DNA of 64,000 nucleotides from an uncultured bacterium (GTDB taxonomy: Bacteria > Zixibacteria > MSB-5A5 > UBA10806). Both the position numbers and the translations under genes were made by a program. Of this stretch, positions 1-9,001 are shown one piece after another (within the stretch, counting starts at the first letter, position 1; each line of letters starts with the position of its first letter). The DNA is taken from assembly GCA_965541585.1 (NCBI GenBank), contig CBEUCH010000006.1, forward strand, positions 146,719 through 210,718, written 5' to 3'. Below the pieces are notes generated by a model, which made no database searches, was not told the origin of the DNA, and saw only the letters and a list, made by a program, of their open reading frames with translations.

Positions 1-22
1 TGATCTGATAAATGGAGGCTCT

Positions 23-1315
23 ATGAAGAAATTCTGTGTTTTGATGCTGCTTTTTCTGCTTCTAACATCGCCGGTTCTGGCCGGCAAAACCACCTTCCAC
101 ACGCTGGACAACGGTATGGAGGTGATACTCAAGGAGAACCATGCCGTATCGCTGATATCCTCTGTGGTGGTGGTCAAAGCCGGCAGCAAATACGAAAACG
201 ACCAGAACAACGGGTTTACGCATCTATTGGAGCATATGCTTTTTAACGGCACCGAGACCAAGACCCGCGAGGATATCACCGAGGGGATCAAAAACTACGG
301 CGGCTATATCAACGCATTCACGCGCCAGGAGATGACCGGCTACCTGGTGGTCATGCCGACGGAGTTTATCGAACAGGGACTCGATATACAGTCGGACCAG
401 CTGTTCAACTCCATATTGCCTGCAGACGAATTCCCCAAGGAGCGGGATATAGTTGCGGAGGAGATCAAGAAAGACAACGACATGGAAAGCTCCGTGGCGT
501 ACGACTATTTCAACTCGGTGATCTTCCAGGGTACGCCCTACGCCTTGCCGGTGATCGGATATGACGAAACCATCAAATCCGTCTCACGCGACGAGGTGAT
601 GAGCTATTACAAAGAGTATTACGTACCGAATAATATGATCGCATTCTTCAGTGGAGATTTTGAAACGGGGAAGATGCTCAAACTGGTGGAGAGATATTTC
701 GGGAAATATCCTCGCGGCGAGACGCCTGCGCTTGAGGAGTTCAGTATATCACCGCCCTACAGGACGAAGGTTCATACCAAAAGCTTTCCCTCCAGAGTAA
801 CCTATATCAACATCTCCCTCCCGGGCCCGTTGTATAGCGATCCCGACTATTTCGCTTTCGATGTCCTCTCGCAGATACTCGATTCCGACTCTTCCCCGTT
901 GAGCAAAGCTCTCACCGGCGCCGGCGATCCGTTGGCTACCGATGTTTCGGTGAGCCTGGCCATGCAAAAAGAGTTTACCATGATGGATATCTCGATCAAG
1001 ACCAACGATAAGAAAAATATAAAGCCTATTGTAGCCAAGACGATCGAAACGCTGACAGCCTTACCTGAGACGGAGTTTAACGAAGATGATATCCGCAGGG
1101 TGGTCGTACCCAACAAGGTTTACGAGATAAAACTCGAGGAGAAGCTTCATTATTACGGTATCATGAAGGCGCCGTATCTGGCCACAGCCGGATTTGAATT
1201 TCTCGAAAGCTATATAGACAATCTCTCGGATGTGACGCCTGCTGATGTAAATGGAATCGTGCAAGAATACTTTTCCAAACCTGAATACGTGGCCTGCGCC
1301 CTGGCGTCCAAATAG
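23..1315 (+). CDS. M16 family zinc peptidase (pitrilysin/insulinase-like), catalytic subunit, signal peptide
   Basis: Inverted zinc motif HLLEH followed by NAFT; N-terminal signal peptide; GGAGG RBS upstream. Confidence 0.92.
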   Translation: MKKFCVLMLLFLLLTSPVLAGKTTFHTLDNGMEVILKENHAVSLISSVVVVKAGSKYENDQNNGFTHLLEHMLFNGTETKTREDITEGIKNYGGYINAFTRQEMTGYLVVMPTEFIEQGLDIQSDQLFNSILPADEFPKERDIVAEEIKKDNDMESSVAYDYFNSVIFQGTPYALPVIGYDETIKSVSRDEVMSYYKEYYVPNNMIAFFSGDFETGKMLKLVERYFGKYPRGETPALEEFSISPPYRTKVHTKSFPSRVTYINISLPGPLYSDPDYFAFDVLSQILDSDSSPLSKALTGAGDPLATDVSVSLAMQKEFTMMDISIKTNDKKNIKPIVAKTIETLTALPETEFNEDDIRRVVVPNKVYEIKLEEKLHYYGIMKAPYLATAGFEFLESYIDNLSDVTPADVNGIVQEYFSKPEYVACALASK

Positions 1316-1324
1316 GAGGTGGAG

Positions 1325-2686
1325 ATGAGACGGATAATAGAAATGAAATTTCAGATAGCAACAGCGTTAGCGGCCATGCTTTTTCTATCGCTTTGTATCA
1401 ATTCCTGCGGCACTAAGACCAATTATAACAAATTCGTGCGAGAGGTGCTTCCGAACGGGCTGACTCTCATCATAAAATACAATCCCGACAGCCGTGTATT
1501 CGCCATAAATATCCTGGGGAGAAACCGCAGCGCCACCGAAGCCGATGGCAAGGACGGTATCACCGATTTCGTCAACCGGATGCTGGTGAACGGAGCCGAC
1601 GGCATGAACGCCGAAGAAGTGCAAAACAGGATGGACGATCTCGGAATTGATATCACCGCCAACGACATTCCGTATATTCCTTATGACGACCGTTACACCA
1701 CGCGCAGCTACTCATTCATTAAATTCGAGACTATCGACGAATACTCTGAAGCCGGTACGCGGCTATTGTATCAGATAGTGGCCAAACCGGACTTCCCCGA
1801 AGACGAGATAGAGAAAACCAAAAAGAAGGTTATGGGACTTCTGGGGATGAGATCAGGCTCCACTTATCAGAACGCCCGGAATGAATTCTACGGGAAGTTG
1901 TTCGAGGGACATCCCTTCGCAAAGACCGTCATGGGAACGCACGGAACTGTTATGAGATTCACTCGCGACGATCTGGTTACTCATCATCGGAGTTTCTACG
2001 CTCCCGGGAATATGATCATGGCGGTGGCGACAAATATCGATCCGGATACTGTGAAAAGCTGGATCTATTCTACATTCGGCCAGATGCCGGTGGTAGAGCA
2101 AGAATATCAGAAGCCGGCAATACCCGAAAAACCGTCGGGACTGGTGGAGGTCCATCATGAAATGGATAAAGAACAGATTTATATTTACCTTGGGGGGCTG
2201 ACGCCCGGTCTTGAGTCTCCCGATGCCGCGGCCATGCATATGGCTTCTTCAATATTATCGACTCGCATGAAGCTTAACCTGCGCGAGGAGCAGGGGCTGG
2301 CTTATTCTGTCGGCATGGGAATACAGTTTATGCCGGAATTCGGATGGACTATTGTTTCCATGGGGACGAGCTATGAGAATTACAATATCGCCCGGGACGG
2401 TCTGATGGCGGAGATTGATAAGCTGAAATCTGAATTGCCCACTGATGATGAATTGAAAAAGGCTCAGAACTCAACCTGGGGTTCGATGCTGCTGGCGAGG
2501 GCATCGAGGATAAACCAGGCGTACTACATGTGCAAAAACGAGTTTCTGGGTGTCGGCTATGATTACCAGGACGATTACCTGGCGAAGATTCGGCGAGTAA
2601 CTGTTGAGGATATCCAAAGGGTGGTCAAAGATTATTTCGATACCGAGAACATGGTGATCGCCACCGCCGGCAAGATAGTCGGTTAG
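1325..2686 (+). CDS. M16 family peptidase, non-catalytic subunit, probable lipoprotein
   Basis: M16-like sequence (LPNGL, LREEQGLAYSV) without HxxEH; lipobox-like INSC; start at ATG 1325 or 1343 (track start GTG 1319). Confidence 0.85.
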   Translation: MRRIIEMKFQIATALAAMLFLSLCINSCGTKTNYNKFVREVLPNGLTLIIKYNPDSRVFAINILGRNRSATEADGKDGITDFVNRMLVNGADGMNAEEVQNRMDDLGIDITANDIPYIPYDDRYTTRSYSFIKFETIDEYSEAGTRLLYQIVAKPDFPEDEIEKTKKKVMGLLGMRSGSTYQNARNEFYGKLFEGHPFAKTVMGTHGTVMRFTRDDLVTHHRSFYAPGNMIMAVATNIDPDTVKSWIYSTFGQMPVVEQEYQKPAIPEKPSGLVEVHHEMDKEQIYIYLGGLTPGLESPDAAAMHMASSILSTRMKLNLREEQGLAYSVGMGIQFMPEFGWTIVSMGTSYENYNIARDGLMAEIDKLKSELPTDDELKKAQNSTWGSMLLARASRINQAYYMCKNEFLGVGYDYQDDYLAKIRRVTVEDIQRVVKDYFDTENMVIATAGKIVG

Positions 2687-2713
2687 AGTAAGGGCGAATT
2701 TGATTAAATCAAT

Positions 2714-3586
2714 TTAGATCCGGTCAAGTTCTGTATCAATTGAAATACCCCGCCCTCCGAGTCCAATCAATTTTTGATTGCCGGCAGGCGGGGTTTTGAA
2801 TTCTCCGGGATCGACAACGTAAAGAGTAACTCCCATTTCAAGGGCTGCTTTACCAGCATGCATAGTTCCGCCATCGATACCAGCCTCCACCACGATTATA
2901 CCCTTCGATAAAGCGCAGACAAGCTTGTTCCTCACCATCGCATAAGCAGAACTCCAGGGGCTGTTAGGATGAAACTGTGATATCACCAGCGCCTCATCTC
3001 TTGGGAATTCGGACAATCCGCTTGCCAAAAATTGTTTTATTCCTGAAGATAAAACTATAATGGTTTTAAGGTCGTTCTCTATGGCTGAAACATGTGCTGC
3101 CTTATCGATGCCCGCGGCACCCCCTGAGATTATAGGGACATCATAACCGGCCAATCCTTTGATTATTCTTTCCACCAGATTGAAGCCCTCATTTGAGGCT
3201 TTTCTTGAACCGACGATGGCTAAACCCTGCTGTGAAAGCAGTTCTCTATTCCCATAAACGAACAGTAAAGGTGGCGCATCGATATTGAGTCTTTTAGTGA
3301 GAGCCTCAGGATAATCTTGAGAGTCTATAGAGATAATCTCAACATCGGCTTCAATAAGGGAATCGAACTCGACCAACGCTCTGTCACCATCGACATCTTT
3401 TAATGCCTGGCAATCTCTTTCTGTCAAATCAGGGAAAAGGGATCGCATCTGTGATACATCCGATTCTAGAAAACGATCAAACCCATCATCTACAATATTT
3501 TGAGCGCGTAGAATTCTGCTAATTTTTCGTGGCCCTATTCCATTAGCACAAAAGAGCCTATAGATATCGCGTTCGGAGATTGCCAT
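2714..3586 (-). CDS. dprA: DNA-processing protein DprA/Smf
   Basis: YPEAL...PPLLFVYGN, AIVGSR, SGGAAGID, RNKLV, VVEAG..GGT motifs. Confidence 0.92.
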   Translation of the reverse strand: MAISERDIYRLFCANGIGPRKISRILRAQNIVDDGFDRFLESDVSQMRSLFPDLTERDCQALKDVDGDRALVEFDSLIEADVEIISIDSQDYPEALTKRLNIDAPPLLFVYGNRELLSQQGLAIVGSRKASNEGFNLVERIIKGLAGYDVPIISGGAAGIDKAAHVSAIENDLKTIIVLSSGIKQFLASGLSEFPRDEALVISQFHPNSPWSSAYAMVRNKLVCALSKGIIVVEAGIDGGTMHAGKAALEMGVTLYVVDPGEFKTPPAGNQKLIGLGGRGISIDTELDRI

Positions 3587-4173
3587 TATCTTCTGGTCCT
3601 TGTTTTTGTAATAGTCAAAACATATATTGATTTGACTCCGGCTTCCCTTCGTAGCACTCTGGCGCCTTCATTGAGAGTCAGGCCTGAACGGTAGAGATCA
3701 TCGAACAGGAGGACTGCTTTATGCTCAAGCTTTCTGGATCTCACGGCGAACATATCTTTCACCAATTCTGCCCTTTGTCGAAAATCCTCTATTTCCTTCA
3801 TGGGCGGAAGTCGTCTCGCCATTCTTATAATTCTTGTTTCTACCGGCAAGCCAGTCAGTTTGCCCAACCTCTTACCAATTGAGCGAACCGGCTGAAAGAA
3901 TAGACGAAATCTGGATGGCGGAATCGTCACGATATTATCGATTTCTTGAAGAATTCCTTTTTCTTTTAGAAACTCAATGGCCACGGCGGCAAGTTTTCTG
4001 GCCAGCCACCATTCACGTCTGTACTTCAATCTGTAAAGGATCTCGCCTATGGGGGTTCTTAGGGTGTGATAACTGTTCTTCGATTCATTGTAGCGACTTG
4101 AAATCGTATGAAAATCCATCGCCCATCCGGCTATCCAATTCCCTTTCAATTCTTGAATGTTGGTGGCTATCAT
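3586..4173 (-). CDS. ComF-like phosphoribosyltransferase-domain protein
   Basis: PRPP-binding loop VLLFDDLYRSGLTL, LKY and IPPS motifs; no zinc ribbon; stop overlaps dprA start (TAATG). Confidence 0.85.
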   Translation of the reverse strand: MIATNIQELKGNWIAGWAMDFHTISSRYNESKNSYHTLRTPIGEILYRLKYRREWWLARKLAAVAIEFLKEKGILQEIDNIVTIPPSRFRLFFQPVRSIGKRLGKLTGLPVETRIIRMARRLPPMKEIEDFRQRAELVKDMFAVRSRKLEHKAVLLFDDLYRSGLTLNEGARVLRREAGVKSIYVLTITKTRTRR

Positions 4174-4308
4174 TTTGACATCTATGATATTTGAGACATC
4201 ATCTTAAGTCAATAGTATAAGTAAATAATGTCGGAACAGTCAGCGTCAATAAATACAAAACGAGGAGACTCCGGCTCTCAGTTCAACTTAAGCCCTGATC
4301 TCTTTATG

Positions 4309-5322
4309 TCAGATGATCCGCTCTATCTTGCGGTCAGCAAAGGAGAAATATCGCTCGACCTCGAAATGCTCTCTGCCATCGACCAAGACAACCGGGTATA
4401 TCAGATAATTAAGAGGATCTGAAAGCCCCTCCACTTCGAGTGTTATATCGCGGCCGATGGTGAATGCCACCCTGTTCTCATCGAGGCTGCCGAAGAAGAA
4501 TTCGGTTTTCTCCGGATTCTTGCTGGCTTCGGAGGCGTCCACCGGAACCCAGCCGAGCTCATCGGTGTAAAATTCGGCCCAGCAGTGGTATCCCGCTATC
4601 TCGCCCTCTTCTCTGTCCTCCGGCAGCGGGAATCCCATCACGAACCTGGCCGGTATGCCGCTGGCGCGGGCCATACCGATGAAAAGCGAATGAAAATCAG
4701 TGCAGTTACCGGCTCTGGTGTCGCAGGCGTAGATGGCATCCCCGCGACCCCAGCCGACACCGCTCTTGTCGTATGTCATTGTGGCGACGATATTATCATA
4801 TATAGCGCGGGCCTTTTCCAGATCGGTCATGCCCTCGCTGACAACCTTTTCCTTCTCCTCCAGGACGGCGCCGTCCAGCGGGATGAGTTTATCCGGTGAG
4901 AGGAAGCGGGTAAGCATGAGTTCCGACGGTCTGTCTATCTCTTTTAATGAGCCATCGAGGGCAGAATAGTTTTTCCGGTTCGCCAGAAAGGTCATTTTTG
5001 CCTGAAAGCTCTCGCCCACGCTCTCACCACCCAGGTCAATTCTTAAAATCTTATTGCCGTATTCGTTGTCGGTTAAGTAGACATAGGGAGACGCGCTATC
5101 AATCTTGATATTCGAAATAATCTGGTGATAGTCCGACTGCGGAACGGGAATCAATACGCTGACGTTCTCGGCGTCCGGAGGTATGTTGTTCACCTCCACC
5201 ATATAAGCAAACTCAATAGTTCTGCCGGAATCGTCGGTGGAGAATGGTTTCGTTAGAATACCGTATGCTATTACGCCCGCAACCAGGATAGATATAATTA
5301 TCACGGTTCCCTTCACCTTCAT
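4309..5322 (-). CDS. Transglutaminase-like domain protein, N-terminal membrane anchor
   Basis: Catalytic triad motifs GNCTDFH, YHCWAEFY, GWVPVD; start chosen at RBS-preceded ATG 5322. Confidence 0.88.
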   Translation of the reverse strand: MKVKGTVIIISILVAGVIAYGILTKPFSTDDSGRTIEFAYMVEVNNIPPDAENVSVLIPVPQSDYHQIISNIKIDSASPYVYLTDNEYGNKILRIDLGGESVGESFQAKMTFLANRKNYSALDGSLKEIDRPSELMLTRFLSPDKLIPLDGAVLEEKEKVVSEGMTDLEKARAIYDNIVATMTYDKSGVGWGRGDAIYACDTRAGNCTDFHSLFIGMARASGIPARFVMGFPLPEDREEGEIAGYHCWAEFYTDELGWVPVDASEASKNPEKTEFFFGSLDENRVAFTIGRDITLEVEGLSDPLNYLIYPVVLVDGREHFEVERYFSFADRKIERII

Positions 5323-5758
5323 CGCTCGCACCTCTCCGTTAAAGGCCTTCATTCCCAATCTCGATTCTTGAACAAGCCCGGCATCTCAAAAGTTCCAATC
5401 ATAGGATATCAATAAGCGGGAAGACCTAACCTGATTGTAAGAGCATTTTTCTGGACGATCATCTTGCCTTCCTGGACCCGCGATTTCTACGCCGTGATTA
5501 GAATGAAGCAATCTGGCGAAGTCGCAGGTGCGAGGAGCATTGGATTAGACTTTATTTTTAGAAGAGAAGCAAGAGAAAATTAAACCAGATGAGGAAACAC
5601 CGGTAATAGTAGCTTCAAATGTCATCCCCCGCCATACTCCATCAAATGGATTTCACCGTTCCCTCGGAGTCGGTGGTGCCGCCAAAATCATGATCGCTGC
5701 GGAACAAGCGGTATGCCAGCGTGGTTAATCTTAAGAACGGAAACCCGGGGTTTAACCT

Positions 5759-6802
5759 ATGGCCAGGATAATTTCTACAGCGATCGCACCTCCCTCTTAC
5801 AGGGTTTCGCAGGATCAGGCGAAAGAGTTTGCCCGCCATCATTTTTCATCCGGGCTCGAAAATATAGATGCCCTGCTGCCCATCTTTGAACATGCTGGAA
5901 TCGAGAGCCGCTATTTCTGCGTGCCCCCGGAATGGTTTCTAACCTCGAAGGATTTCCGGAAGAAAAATGAGATCTATATCGAATGGGCCACGAAGCTGGC
6001 TGAGGAGGCGTCCCGGAAGTGCCTGGAAAGTGTGAATGTAACGTCCGATGAGATCGATTATATCATTTTCGTTTCGACGACCGGACTTGCCACACCGTCG
6101 ATCGATGCCCGGCTGATCAACATTATGAAGATGCGCTCGGATATCGGCCGTGCGCCGGTGTGGGGTTTTGGTTGCCTGGGCGGAGCCGCCGGTCTGTCGA
6201 TGGCCTTCAATTATATAAAGGCCTACCCGGATTCAAAGGTATTGGTCGTGGCAGTGGAGCTATGCGGCCTGACATTTCAGTATGGCGATTTTAGCAAAAG
6301 CAACTTTGTGGCGACCGCCCTCTTTGCCGACGGCGCAGCAGCGGCTCTTATTGCAGGTGAAGGTGACGGCCCTGAGATTATCGCCACCGAAAGCAGGATC
6401 TGGCCGGATTCTCTCGATGTCATGGGCTGGAATTTCTTGAATGATGGCATGCAGGTGGTGTTCTCAAAAGCCATTCCCGCTATTGTGAGCAGATATGCAC
6501 ACGAAAATATATCCGGCTTTCTTGTAAATAACGGATTATCACTCGCTGATCTGGAGTACTACCTGATCCATCCCGGCGGCGTGAAGGTGATAGAGGCATA
6601 TGAGCGATCGCTTGGTATTAATTCCCGGAAGCTTCGGCTATCCCGGGAAATCCTTAAGAATTACGGAAACATGTCGTCGGCTACGATCCTCTATATTCTC
6701 GATAGTTTTCTACAATCTGATGGGATGGAGCAGGGGAACTTTGGTCTGATAACATCACTCGGCCCCGGTTTTTCTTCAGAATGTCTGCTGTTTAAGGTAT
6801 AG
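5759..6802 (+). CDS. Type III polyketide synthase (chalcone/stilbene synthase-like)
   Basis: Cys-His-Asn triad in GFGCLGG, HPGG, GNMSS; LFADGAAA; GPGF. Confidence 0.92.
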   Translation: MARIISTAIAPPSYRVSQDQAKEFARHHFSSGLENIDALLPIFEHAGIESRYFCVPPEWFLTSKDFRKKNEIYIEWATKLAEEASRKCLESVNVTSDEIDYIIFVSTTGLATPSIDARLINIMKMRSDIGRAPVWGFGCLGGAAGLSMAFNYIKAYPDSKVLVVAVELCGLTFQYGDFSKSNFVATALFADGAAAALIAGEGDGPEIIATESRIWPDSLDVMGWNFLNDGMQVVFSKAIPAIVSRYAHENISGFLVNNGLSLADLEYYLIHPGGVKVIEAYERSLGINSRKLRLSREILKNYGNMSSATILYILDSFLQSDGMEQGNFGLITSLGPGFSSECLLFKV

Positions 6803-6841
6803 CTCCGGGAAATATGAAGTGAAACCTGTCGGCTGCTCTGG

Positions 6842-8800
6842 TCAGTCTTCCTCGTATTTTGCTTTCAAGGAGTCTATCACGGTGGGATCGGCCAGTGTAG
6901 CTATATTTCCCAATGCGGAACCGTCGGCGATGTCGCGCAAGAGCCTTCGCATTATTTTTCCGGAGCGAGTTTTGGGAAGATCGGCGGTGAAGATAATTTT
7001 CTCGGGCACTGCAAATTTGCCTATCTTCGTTTTGATCCATTCCGCAAGCTCATTTTCCAGTTCATCGTGCATCTCTACCCCGTCACACAGCGTAACGAAT
7101 GCCGCCAGCGCCTGGCCCTTGATTTCATGTTTTATCCCGATTACCGCTGATTCCGAAACCGCCTTATGTTCAACGAAAGCGCTCTCAAGCTCAGCAGTAC
7201 CGATTCTGTGCCCGGATACGTTAACAACATCATCGACACGTCCGAGTATCCAGAAATAGCCATCCTTATCTTTCTTGGCGCCGTCGCCGGGAAAATAAAT
7301 GCCGTCCCATTTGGACCAGTAAGTTTGCCTGTATCGGTCGGGATCACCATAGATCCCCCGAAGCATTCCGGGCCAGGGTTTCATGATGGCCAGTAAGCCG
7401 GCGTCTGCCGGTTGGCCGTCCTCGGTTAATACATCAGCCTCAATTCCGAAGAAAGGCAGAGTTGCGCTGCCCGGCTTGGTCGTGATACAGCCCGGCAGTG
7501 GCGTAATCATGATACCACCGGTTTCAGTTTGCCACCAGGTATCAACGATTGGGCATTTTTCACCACCTATATTCTCGTGATACCATATCCAGGCCTCCGG
7601 ATTTATGGGTTCTCCCACGGTTCCCAGAAGCCGAAGCGAACCGAGGTCGAATTTTTGCGGCCACTTACTGCCCCACTTCATAAAAGTCCGGATTGCAGTA
7701 GGGGCTGTATAAAAAACATTGACTCCATATTTCTCGATCAAATTCCAGAACCGCCCTCGATCCGGCCAGTCCGGAGTGCCTTCATACATTACGCAGGTTG
7801 CGCCGTTGGCAAGCGGCCCATAGACCAGATAGCTGTGCCCGGTAACCCAGCCGATATCGGCAGTGCACCAGAAAACGTCCTCAGGCTTAATATCAAAAAC
7901 AAATTTCATAGTTAGATAAGTGTAGACCATATAGCCGCCCGTAGTATGGATGATTCCCTTGGGTTTGCCGGTGGTCCCGCTGGTATAAAGCAAGAACAGC
8001 ATATCCTCGCTGTCCATTTCTTCAGCCGGACAGGTCATCGAGACGCCATCGACGATACTATGATACCAGTGGTCGCGTCCCTCTTTTATATGACATGGAA
8101 AGGTGCTGTGATCCGATCTGCGAACAACCACGACATCGCTGACGCAGTCGCAATCGGCTATGGCCTCGTCGACAATATTTTTCAATGGCAAGACCTTTCC
8201 CCGTCGCCAGCCTCCATCCGACGTGATGATGATTTTTGCCTGGGAATCCAAGACCCGGTCACGAATAGACTCGGCGGAAAAACCGGCGAAAATTACCGAA
8301 TGTACGAGCCCCAGTCGAGCGCAGGCCAGCATACTGATAACGAGCTCGGGTATCATGGGCAGATATATTGCAACCCTGTCCCCTCTCTTGACTCCAAGGC
8401 CCTTCAAGGCGTTTGCAAAGCGATTTACTTCGCGGGCCAGATCCCAATAGGTCAGCACTCGCTGATCGCCGGGCTCGCCCTCCCAGATTAAGGCGGCTTT
8501 ATTGCGAATGGATGATTGTAGATGCCTGTCAAGGCAATTATATGCGATATTGGTCTTACCATTTTCGAACCATTTGTAAAAAACTCCATCGTCAACATTC
8601 AGAACTTTATCCCATCTGGAAAACCAGTGAAGCTCCTCGGCTATCTCTCCCCAGAATTTCTCGGGATTTTCGATGCTGTGGCGATAGAGTTTCATATATT
8701 CATCGAAAGTTTTCATATGACTTTTCCGTCTGAATTCATCCGACGGCTCAAACCGTCTGGTTTCATCAGATACGGTTACGAGATTGCCGGTGTCTGCCAT
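6842..8800 (-). CDS. acs: Acetate--CoA ligase (acetyl-CoA synthetase)
   Basis: YTSGTTGKPKG, DTWWQTETGG, PKTRSGKIMRRLL; start 8800 (RBS) or 8830. Confidence 0.97.
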   Translation of the reverse strand: MADTGNLVTVSDETRRFEPSDEFRRKSHMKTFDEYMKLYRHSIENPEKFWGEIAEELHWFSRWDKVLNVDDGVFYKWFENGKTNIAYNCLDRHLQSSIRNKAALIWEGEPGDQRVLTYWDLAREVNRFANALKGLGVKRGDRVAIYLPMIPELVISMLACARLGLVHSVIFAGFSAESIRDRVLDSQAKIIITSDGGWRRGKVLPLKNIVDEAIADCDCVSDVVVVRRSDHSTFPCHIKEGRDHWYHSIVDGVSMTCPAEEMDSEDMLFLLYTSGTTGKPKGIIHTTGGYMVYTYLTMKFVFDIKPEDVFWCTADIGWVTGHSYLVYGPLANGATCVMYEGTPDWPDRGRFWNLIEKYGVNVFYTAPTAIRTFMKWGSKWPQKFDLGSLRLLGTVGEPINPEAWIWYHENIGGEKCPIVDTWWQTETGGIMITPLPGCITTKPGSATLPFFGIEADVLTEDGQPADAGLLAIMKPWPGMLRGIYGDPDRYRQTYWSKWDGIYFPGDGAKKDKDGYFWILGRVDDVVNVSGHRIGTAELESAFVEHKAVSESAVIGIKHEIKGQALAAFVTLCDGVEMHDELENELAEWIKTKIGKFAVPEKIIFTADLPKTRSGKIMRRLLRDIADGSALGNIATLADPTVIDSLKAKYEED

Positions 8801-9001
8801 GGCCTTCCTCTCCTCTCGTAGAGCAGCCATAATATTTATAGCGAAAATAAGTTACACTCAACTGCTCATATCGACAATTTAAAAATATTACTTATACTTA
8901 GCAACAGATTTTATTGCCGGACAAAAGACCGGGACGCGTCGATGTAATTTTGCCGGCAGAGTGCTGTCTGTTTATAATTCCGGGAACAGCGCTGAATGCC
9001 T

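Noticed and set aside
1313..1345. The two M16 genes are in the same frame, separated by a single TAG (possible readthrough or recoding)
   Set aside because: The second gene has its own RBS and lipoprotein signal peptide, split M16 heterodimers are common, and TAG is a normal stop elsewhere in the window
5359..5758. Riboswitch or ncRNA in the 400-bp divergent intergenic region
   Set aside because: No recognisable consensus by eye; an Rfam search would be needed
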